This document shows, in pieces, positions 8,438-14,905 of a stretch of DNA of 37,350 bases (positions within the stretch are counted from its first letter, which is position 1; each line of letters begins with the position of its first letter). Made by a program: the position numbers and the translations under genes. The notes under the pieces were generated by a model. The model did no database searches and had not been told where the DNA came from. It worked only from the letters and a program-made list of their open reading frames with translations. The stretch comes from a virus (Duplodnaviria > Caudoviricetes), in the IMG/VR virus record IMGVR_UViG_3300010222_000173, positions 1-37,350 of that record, one strand, 5' to 3'.

Positions 8438-8893
8438 TCAGCTGCCAGTGGCCGCCATGCGGCGCCCCTCCGCGATAATCTCATCCCCCTCTTGCTTGAT
8501 CTCGCGCCCGATCTCGATCACGATGGATCGGTTGCCCGCCTCGTAGGCGTCCCAGAGGCGAGACTGTAGCTGGTCCAAGTCGCGGTTGTTGTCGGTGATC
8601 GTCCCAGTCACGGGCACCTCGTCGGACACGGGTGCGATGCGGTGGCCCTCGTCGACCGAGAGGCTGGCAAGGCGCGTGTATCCCTCTGAGGCGGCTTGCC
8701 GGGCGAGGCAGATCATCGTTCCGCCATCCGGGGTGCAGTCGCCTCGCTTCCACGCGCCAGCGGTGCTGGGCTTGATGTCTGCCCAGGCGCTGATGACGTA
8801 CCTAGCGCTTCGGCCCTCATCTTCGAGGTCGTGCCAGAGGCGCTGATATGCGTCGCGCCAAGCGGCTATGGGATCGGAGTCAGAAGTTGACAT
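8438..8893 (-). CDS. CII-like phage regulatory protein (HTH)
   Basis: ARYVISAWADIKPSTAGAWKRG HTH-like segment; second gene of the lytic early operon. Confidence 0.55.
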   Translation of the reverse strand: MSTSDSDPIAAWRDAYQRLWHDLEDEGRSARYVISAWADIKPSTAGAWKRGDCTPDGGTMICLARQAASEGYTRLASLSVDEGHRIAPVSDEVPVTGTITDNNRDLDQLQSRLWDAYEAGNRSIVIEIGREIKQEGDEIIAEGRRMAATGS

Positions 8894-8942
8894 AGATGTC
8901 GGAGCAACAGGTGGGTGAGTTGAGCGTGCATATCAGCAGAGC

Positions 8943-9104
8943 TTAGGCGGGGACAGTCTCATCTTCCCCTAGTATCAGCTCTCGGATATACTCGCTCATA
9001 GTCAAGTCCCTCTGAGCAGCTTGCACCCGAAGCTGTGTCTTCTCTTCACTGCTGAGCTTGACGTGTAGGTACTCATCACGCTCCCGCTTGTCAGTGCCTG
9101 GCAT
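8943..9104 (-). CDS. Ribbon-helix-helix DNA-binding protein in the Cro position
   Basis: YLHVKLSSEEKTQLRVQAAQRDLTMSEYIRELI = RHH (MobC/CopG/Arc-like); divergent from the repressor. Confidence 0.8.
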   Translation of the reverse strand: MPGTDKRERDEYLHVKLSSEEKTQLRVQAAQRDLTMSEYIRELILGEDETVPA

Positions 9105-9214
9105 GGCAGTTATGTTGCCTGTGATTACTGTCAACAATGCGTCTACGTACACACACTGTCTACAGAGTTGGTCCCTACTGTGTGTGTAGATAAAGTTAAT
9201 AACACACTGTTTGT
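9105..9214. promoter_or_regulatory. Divergent lysis/lysogeny switch region with operator-like repeats
   Basis: TACACACACTGT (9148-9159) inverted to ACTGTGTGTGTA (9177-9188), 11/12 match; ACACACTGT again at 9202-9210; AT-rich. Confidence 0.7.
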
Positions 9215-9892
9215 ATGACTGACACCATCCAGCGAAGTCCGGTTCAGGACGAAATCATAGAACTGGTTAGGAAGTCGGATGAGCCAGTCCAACCGAAAGA
9301 GATGGAAAACCAGCTCAATCGCTCGCGCAACAGCATCAATAGTGCTCTGCGCAAACTAAAAGACGTCGGGGATTTGAAGCAGCCCGGATACGGTCTTTAC
9401 GACCTACCGGAGCGGGTCGAAGACCAAGACAAACCAAAGGGGCAGCAGGAAAAATCTACCGAAAACGGCCCCGAAACTCTTCCATTACTTAATACGGAGG
9501 CCCACGCTTCGGAGAGCGGCGGGGCTTGGGAGATTGAGGTAGAAAGTTACATGAGCGTTGATCGAGACATTCTTCGGGCACAGTCCGGCGGGAATCCCGA
9601 CCAAATGGCGATCATGACGGTCCCTGGCAACCAGATGAAGGGCACGATCAACCCTGGCGACCAGATTATCATCATTCGTCACCAGGAAGGGGATCGAATT
9701 TTGCAGGGTGGTGTCTACGTGTGGCTAAACGAGCAGAGGGGCGTGCTGATTTACCGCGCAGTCTGGCAAGACGATGGGAGCCTCACGCTACGTCCAGACA
9801 ACGACGACTGCCCCAAGATCAACATCAACGAAATTGAGGCCCCCGCTTGGAGGCCAATCGGACGCGTTTTCAGAGTAATGAGAGCCCTGTGA
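9215..9892 (+). CDS. CI-like repressor: N-terminal winged HTH plus degenerate S24 peptidase-like domain
   Basis: VQPKEMENQLNRSRNSINSALRKL wHTH; VPGNQM..INPGD...LRPDN...IGRV S24 fold; catalytic Ser and Lys positions are Q and Y. Confidence 0.8.
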   Translation: MTDTIQRSPVQDEIIELVRKSDEPVQPKEMENQLNRSRNSINSALRKLKDVGDLKQPGYGLYDLPERVEDQDKPKGQQEKSTENGPETLPLLNTEAHASESGGAWEIEVESYMSVDRDILRAQSGGNPDQMAIMTVPGNQMKGTINPGDQIIIIRHQEGDRILQGGVYVWLNEQRGVLIYRAVWQDDGSLTLRPDNDDCPKININEIEAPAWRPIGRVFRVMRAL

Positions 9893-10341
9893 TGGAGACG
9901 GATGTGCAGACGGATATACAGAAGGAACTCCCGCTTCTCGATGAAAATGAGCTCGCAAAAGTTGCGGAGGGCAAGACGCCTCTTCCGCAGAGCGTAGATG
10001 AGCACATAGCGGTCGACAACAAGCTCATAGACACCATCGACGAAAGCCGACAGCAGGCCATTGCCCGCGTGCCGGGTGACTCGATGGCAGGAACCATTGC
10101 CGCAGAAGACCGCGTAGTGATAGAGATAGAAGAGGGGTGTCAGATCATGCAGGGAGCGGTCTACATGTGGGCCAATGGCCAGGGTGGCGTAATCATCATG
10201 CGAGCGCACTGGGTGGATGCGCGGACTGTGCGCCTCGTGCCTGACAATGACGACTATCCAGTCATTGAGCTAGAGGGGGATCGCGACAGCTGGGCGTGGA
10301 CCTGCATTGCCCGCGTGACGCAGGTGTTGAGCGGGGTATGA
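9892..10341 (+). CDS. Stand-alone S24-like domain protein, paralog of the repressor C-terminal domain
   Basis: TGATG overlap; VPGDSM...LVPDNDDYP...IARV; Lys position is M; no HTH. Confidence 0.8.
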   Translation: METDVQTDIQKELPLLDENELAKVAEGKTPLPQSVDEHIAVDNKLIDTIDESRQQAIARVPGDSMAGTIAAEDRVVIEIEEGCQIMQGAVYMWANGQGGVIIMRAHWVDARTVRLVPDNDDYPVIELEGDRDSWAWTCIARVTQVLSGV

Positions 10342-10463
10342 CTCGCGCCGGGCATTTGGAACGGCTGCCAGTATTGCCGTTGAGGCATTCGGTCGAGACC
10401 GGATCTCGTTTGAGGAAAGTAGTCCTGTCTTTGCACTCAAAACCCCACTTCTAGACTACTGGC

Positions 10464-10967
10464 ATGACCTTTCTTCTCATTGCCGCTTTCTTTTGGCTGG
10501 GCTTCTCGTTCCTGCTCGGTTTGGCAGCTGCTGGCTTCAACCGGAGCGGGATACTGTTCTTTGTGATCTCGCTAGTCGTTAGCCCGGTACTTGCTGGACT
10601 GTTGCTGCTTGCCTTGGGTAAGAAAGATAAAGACGGCCAGACGGTTCGGGTTCGGTGTCCGGAATGTGGTGCGACGACGAAAGAAGGAGGACGGTACTGC
10701 TCAGGGTGTGGACGTGAGTTCCCGGCCTCACAACAGACAGCTCAACCGCAAGCGTCGGAAAAAGGCGCTGAAAAGGCACATCTCTCGACGGTGGGAGTCC
10801 TGCTCATGTTGGCGATCAGCTTCCTTTTCGCGCTTAGCGGCGCATACATGGGGACTCACCTTGAAGCGGTTCACCGAGCAGTGGGGCTGGTTGGGGGTAG
10901 TGGGATTGGCTTCTTACTTGGCTATAGCACGAAGTGGGTCTTTCCAAGTCAAATGACAACTGCTTGA
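10464..10967 (+). CDS. Membrane protein with double zinc ribbon
   Basis: Four hydrophobic segments flanking CPECG...CSGCG. Confidence 0.8.
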   Translation: MTFLLIAAFFWLGFSFLLGLAAAGFNRSGILFFVISLVVSPVLAGLLLLALGKKDKDGQTVRVRCPECGATTKEGGRYCSGCGREFPASQQTAQPQASEKGAEKAHLSTVGVLLMLAISFLFALSGAYMGTHLEAVHRAVGLVGGSGIGFLLGYSTKWVFPSQMTTA

Positions 10968-11039
10968 TTATTCACCCACCTCAGTTCCGGGTCGCCTCGT
11001 CGCCGCAGAGCCCGATGTTGATCGTGGCGTAGGTTCTTC

Positions 11040-11105
11040 TGTGAAGAAAGAATAAACCTCCATGGCCAATGAAACCCTATTAGTTTCGTATAGTGTAATG
11101 GGGTG
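11040..11105 (+). promoter_or_regulatory. Promoter/operator copy A
   Basis: TGTGAAG...GAAACCCTATTAGTTTC palindrome (11071-11087), 3 nt, then TAGTGTAATGGGGTG; near-identical copy 1000 bp downstream. Confidence 0.7.
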
Positions 11106-11166
11106 CACAAACGGAGAGGAGGCGCGCCCCGACACGTTCGCTACCAACGAGAAACCACACAGAAAC

Positions 11167-11631
11167 ATGACTGATACTCAAGTTTCCCATGTCCCTTCGA
11201 TTCCGAGTGCTCGTGAGATTCGCGAGAAAGTGCGGGAAGTGCAGTTGAATTGTCGAAAACGCCTTTTGGACGAATGGCAGTTCGAGCGCGCCTATGCTTG
11301 CTTGCAGGTCTTGAAGAGCCATGCGGATCATGAGGCTGTGAGAGATGCTCGTGTTCGCCTTTATCCTGATGGCGAAGAGCGTGGCGGATATAGCTACGAC
11401 GGCACGCACTGCATCATTCGTTTACGTGACGGCGAGTGGAAAATTGACACCTATCGTAGTGGCACGCATGATCGGATGACAAAAGATGTAGCTGCGATCC
11501 TTGAGGTGCCTGTCTCTGACTCTGAAGATCCTGAGGCGGCCCGTGAGCTTCGAGAACACCTCAAGTCCGAGGGATGGGCAAAAGGTTCTGGATCAGAAAT
11601 GCGGATCTACACTGGCGACATGAGCCAGTAA
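11167..11631 (+). CDS. Hypothetical protein (cassette A cargo)
   Basis: 154-aa ORF from ATG 11167, downstream of promoter A. Confidence 0.7.
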   Translation: MTDTQVSHVPSIPSAREIREKVREVQLNCRKRLLDEWQFERAYACLQVLKSHADHEAVRDARVRLYPDGEERGGYSYDGTHCIIRLRDGEWKIDTYRSGTHDRMTKDVAAILEVPVSDSEDPEAARELREHLKSEGWAKGSGSEMRIYTGDMSQ

Positions 11632-11632
11632 C

Positions 11633-11683
11633 GAAAAACGCCCCGCACCGACCTGTCAGCGCAGGTGCGGGCGGGGCATTTTC
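11633..11683. terminator. Bidirectional terminator-like hairpin
   Basis: AAAAACGCCCCGC...GCGGGGCATTTT. Confidence 0.65.
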
Positions 11684-11714
11684 ATCGCTACCAACGACAT
11701 AAACTCCAAAAGCC

Positions 11715-12026
11715 ATGAAAAAATATTGGTCCATAGAGAGGCTCCAAGAGACTGCGACAACCCTTTACGAGAAGACAGCTGACCAAGAGGGCACACAGAA
11801 ACTCGTGGTTGAGACCATCAACGACAATCGCGAAAGCATCGGCCTTGACCGCGTGACAAGGCAGGCCGTACAGAAGGCAGTGCGTGAAGGGGGGCGATCC
11901 AACGTGCGTCTCCTCTGCGATATCGTAGATGCGCTTTGGCCTCAGATGCAGAGCGTGAAGCGAAATGGCGTGCAGCCTGTTCTGCACGTAGAAGTTTCTG
12001 ACCCTCAGGATCACACGGAGTCATAA
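11715..12026 (+). CDS. Putative HTH protein (last gene of cassette A)
   Basis: TQKLVVETIN...VTRQAVQKAVREG..NVRLLCDIVDAL resembles an XRE-type HTH with an extended turn. Confidence 0.55.
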   Translation: MKKYWSIERLQETATTLYEKTADQEGTQKLVVETINDNRESIGLDRVTRQAVQKAVREGGRSNVRLLCDIVDALWPQMQSVKRNGVQPVLHVEVSDPQDHTES

Positions 12027-12040
12027 ACCCGATCCCTCTT

Positions 12041-12105
12041 TGTGAAGGAATGTGAAGATGCTCACTACACGAAACCAATAGGGTTTCTTTTAGTGTAATG
12101 GAGTG
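12041..12105 (+). promoter_or_regulatory. Promoter/operator copy B
   Basis: TGTGAAG x2, GAAACCAATAGGGTTTC palindrome (12071-12087), 3 nt, then TAGTGTAATGGAGTG. Confidence 0.7.
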
Positions 12106-12181
12106 AAGAAGAGGGAGGGGGCGAGACGGGGCAGACGGCGAAAGCCACTCACTGACTCCTCATTCAGAGATACACAGAGCC

Positions 12182-12691
12182 ATGAGACGCGCCGACACCT
12201 CAGACCTCAAGTGGTACGACGAAGGCGGCTTCAACGTGAGCCGCATCATGACGGAGGCTCACATGCTGGCCTCTACAAACGCCGAGTTCGGACGCGCGGA
12301 CTACGCTGAGTACCTCAGTGAAGCGCTCCAGCAGCAGTGGGAAATGGCGAAAGAGTCCCGTGATGCCGTGAAGCGAGCCGGCGGCCCTGACGCGGTCCGC
12401 GACAAGGAAGAGCGCCGTCAGCAGAAGAAGAAGCAGAATGAAGCCAAGAAGGCGGCCGAAAAGTACGGTAACAAGAAGCGCCGCCTGGTGCTCTACGACG
12501 ACCGCAAGGCCGCGAAGGACGCGCTGGACGGGGACCAGGTCTTCGACGGCTTCGGCAAGACATGGCGCGCCGACGCGGACACGCCTTCGCTCCACGGCTC
12601 GCAGTGGCTAGGCTACGAGGGCCGAAAGGTGTGCTACATGTACTACTACAAGGTGGACGATGCCGCACTGGACGAGATGGCTGCTGCGTAG
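12182..12691 (+). CDS. Hypothetical protein (cassette B cargo 1)
   Basis: Strong G/C-ending codon bias; N-terminal 'NVSRIMTEAH...EALQQQWEMAK' helical module. Confidence 0.8.
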   Translation: MRRADTSDLKWYDEGGFNVSRIMTEAHMLASTNAEFGRADYAEYLSEALQQQWEMAKESRDAVKRAGGPDAVRDKEERRQQKKKQNEAKKAAEKYGNKKRRLVLYDDRKAAKDALDGDQVFDGFGKTWRADADTPSLHGSQWLGYEGRKVCYMYYYKVDDAALDEMAAA

Positions 12692-12765
12692 TATCGTCGA
12701 AACGACAGCTTACCAACGTAAGGGGCGGGGCTCCTCATCAGCATACACTCAACCCCTACAGACCT

Positions 12766-13179
12766 ATGACTGACGAAAGCACTCTTCAGAAGCTCGACGC
12801 AAGCACGGACTCCCTCTACATCGACGCCGTCCGGGAGCGGTGCAAACTCATCGCCACTTACGACGCGCCGGCTGGCTTGCTCCAGAAGGATGAGCAGGAG
12901 GTCGAGGTCTACGCTCATCCCTCTGAGGAAAAGGCCTACGTGATCCACGAGGCGGGTGGTCTGATGGAAGAAGAAGTGCTTCTTATCCCATCCAGCCGCA
13001 TCACCTGGATCGAGCCGCTAATGGATGAGCTCGGCGTGGAGGACGATCACGCCACGCGCAACGAGAGCCCTGATGAGGCCCTGAGCGCCTCCAGTAAGGT
13101 AGCCGGAGGGCTTATGCGCGAGTCGATTGAGCAAAGCGGCCTCAAGGCTGATGTCCTGGAGGCCTGGTCCGACGAGTAG
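12766..13179 (+). CDS. Acidic hypothetical protein (cassette B cargo 2)
   Basis: ATG 12766; 137 aa, D/E-rich. Confidence 0.7.
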   Translation: MTDESTLQKLDASTDSLYIDAVRERCKLIATYDAPAGLLQKDEQEVEVYAHPSEEKAYVIHEAGGLMEEEVLLIPSSRITWIEPLMDELGVEDDHATRNESPDEALSASSKVAGGLMRESIEQSGLKADVLEAWSDE

Positions 13180-13218
13180 TGCCCTGCATCTGCAGGGATA
13201 GGCCGCACGGGTGGCGAC

Positions 13219-13265
13219 AAAAAGCCCCGCCTGCCCTGGCGGAATGCCAGGGTGGGTCGGGGCTT
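13219..13265. terminator. Long hairpin before HTH gene
   Basis: AAGCCCCGCCTGCCCTGGC-ggaat-GCCAGGGTGGGTCGGGGCTT. Confidence 0.65.
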
Positions 13266-13298
13266 ACTGACTCCTCATCAGCAAAGACCTATACCTCC

Positions 13299-13523
13299 AT
13301 GTCCGAAATACGATCCCGGATCAAGCTCCGTGAGCTTTCGACCGAGCTGGAAAAGGCTCTGGGCGATGCTGACCTCTCCCAGCGCGACCTGGCGGCGCGC
13401 CTCGACGTCACACCCCGCCACCTGCGGCGTGCCCGAAAGGGCGGTTATCCTGAGATGGCCGCGAGGGCACTTCGTGAGCTGGGGTACGAGGTAGAGCTGT
13501 ATGCCGAGGTAGAGGCGCCGTAA
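13299..13523 (+). CDS. XRE-family HTH protein (last gene of cassette B)
   Basis: LSQRDLAARLDVTPRHLRRARKG....ARALRELGYEVEL. Confidence 0.85.
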   Translation: MSEIRSRIKLRELSTELEKALGDADLSQRDLAARLDVTPRHLRRARKGGYPEMAARALRELGYEVELYAEVEAP

Positions 13524-13610
13524 TCCCTTAGGTGATATCTTGTGAACATCTACCCTTGCGAACATCCATCTTATGTGGTAGTATGTGTAGTGGCTGGTGC
13601 TATTACATAG

Positions 13611-13766
13611 ATGACAGAGTTATTTGAGCGCGTACGGCACCACCTTCGTCGGCTTTGGGGCGCGGAGATAGACGAGATTCGGATCGAGCGAAAGCCGAGC
13701 GGAAAGATCCACATTGTAACGACGACTGAAGAAAGCCACGAGGCGCACGAGGCGCGTCGTGGGTGA
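13611..13766 (+). CDS. 51-aa leader ORF of the late/lysis operon
   Basis: MTELFERVRHHLRRLWGAEIDEIRIERKPSGKIHIVTTTEESHEAHEARRG, read directly; followed by a terminator. Confidence 0.6.
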   Translation: MTELFERVRHHLRRLWGAEIDEIRIERKPSGKIHIVTTTEESHEAHEARRG

Positions 13767-13794
13767 GGGCACATATGACCTTGACCAGCGCATG

Positions 13795-13842
13795 AGGCGC
13801 CTGGACCCGACACCTGCTCGGGGCTGGGCGCCTTTTCTTTTT
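13795..13842 (+). terminator. Rho-independent terminator upstream of endolysin
   Basis: AGGCGCCTGG..CCGA-loop-TCGGG..CTGGGCGCCT followed by TTTCTTTTT. Confidence 0.8.
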
Positions 13843-13876
13843 GCTTAAATTTGCATCGACTTACGCTTACACAGAC

Positions 13877-14443
13877 ATGGATGTCGCCATTGTAATCGGC
13901 CATCACCCGGATGCGCCCGGAGCATCGATGCGGATGGGGTGCCATGAAATACATGAACACGGCTTTTGGCGACCTTTCGCTCACGAATTGGCTACAAGCG
14001 TCGTGGCGCGGGATCTGACGCCTCACGTGATTGAGCGCCCAAACGAAGACCCTGATGAGGCGCTGGCTCAAAAAGTCAACGAAACCGGTGCCGACGCAGC
14101 GATTGAACTTCATTTTAACGCCGCTGGCCGATCTGCAAGGGGTGGCACAGAGATGATACACTACCCAGGATCAGAGGGGGGGGAGGCACTAGCTGAGCAG
14201 ATGCAGAGCCGAACGGTGGATGCTCTTGGCCTAGAAAATCGCGGATTGATCACAAGGAGGTGGCCCTTCCTTAAGCTTACAGAGATGCCAGCAGTTATCG
14301 CTGAGCCGTTTTTCGGGTCAAATGAAGAGGACGTCGCGCGAGCGCTCCCCCGACTGCCATCGCTTCAGAAAGCCTACAGGCATGCCTTGGCTACCTTTTG
14401 CGACTTGCACCGAGCTGGCGCTGAATGGGCAGGAGGGGTGTAG
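13877..14443 (+). CDS. Endolysin, N-acetylmuramoyl-L-alanine amidase (Amidase_3)
   Basis: VIGHH, E, IELHFNA, MPAVIAEPFF zinc-amidase motifs. Confidence 0.92.
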   Translation: MDVAIVIGHHPDAPGASMRMGCHEIHEHGFWRPFAHELATSVVARDLTPHVIERPNEDPDEALAQKVNETGADAAIELHFNAAGRSARGGTEMIHYPGSEGGEALAEQMQSRTVDALGLENRGLITRRWPFLKLTEMPAVIAEPFFGSNEEDVARALPRLPSLQKAYRHALATFCDLHRAGAEWAGGV

Positions 14444-14444
14444 T

Positions 14445-14684
14445 ATGGAGCGACAACCACCAAAAATCGGAGTGCCGATTCTGGATAACTTGCTTGCGGC
14501 GACATGGGCAGCCTTAGCGGCCGCAAATTTTTGGGTGACACCGTCGGTTTTTGCGAACATCTCAGTCGGGATCGGCGCCTTGGCAACGCTGCTTCTCACC
14601 CTCCTGAGGGTGTACGAGCACCTGGTGGGGGAGACGGTTAGCGAGACGCTTTCGACCGATTCTAGCACAGGTCGTAACCTATGA
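14445..14684 (+). CDS. Putative holin
   Basis: Two TM helices; directly after the endolysin. Confidence 0.6.
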   Translation: MERQPPKIGVPILDNLLAATWAALAAANFWVTPSVFANISVGIGALATLLLTLLRVYEHLVGETVSETLSTDSSTGRNL

Positions 14685-14905
14685 AAAAGCAAGTGCCAAA
14701 TGTCATCGAGTACCTACGCGAGCGCAGGTGGATAGGTGAGGCTGGCGTTGGGTTTTTGGTGGCCGTTTTGGTCGGCTTCCCGATTCAGATCACCGCTCCG
14801 GCCGCTTCGGTATGGGAGGTGCCCCTTTCGCTTGTCTGGGGCGCTGGGGCTGGGCTGGGGGCTTTCCTGATCAGTGCCAGTCTTCAGCTAATCCAAAAAC
14901 GATGA
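14681..14905 (+). CDS. Putative holin/antiholin membrane protein
   Basis: Two TM helices; ATGA overlaps on both sides. Confidence 0.6.
   Translation: MKKQVPNVIEYLRERRWIGEAGVGFLVAVLVGFPIQITAPAASVWEVPLSLVWGAGAGLGAFLISASLQLIQKR

Noticed and set aside
8026-8484. 152-aa minus-strand ORF spanning the structured gap
   Set aside because: Arg/Ala-rich and atypical of the acidic proteome; overlaps both neighbours and runs through hairpins
12731-13282. CUGAUGAG on the minus strand within the CTCCTCATCAG repeats, and CTGATGAG at ~13070
   Set aside because: No stem II-GAAA following; not ribozymes
11138-13292. Possible CRISPR mini-array
   Set aside because: Repeats are only 13 bp and separated by whole genes, not 30-40 bp spacers
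14052-14095. CTGATGA...GAAAC hammerhead-like words on the + strand
   Set aside because: Inside the amidase CDS; no proper stem II closure or stem III/NUH
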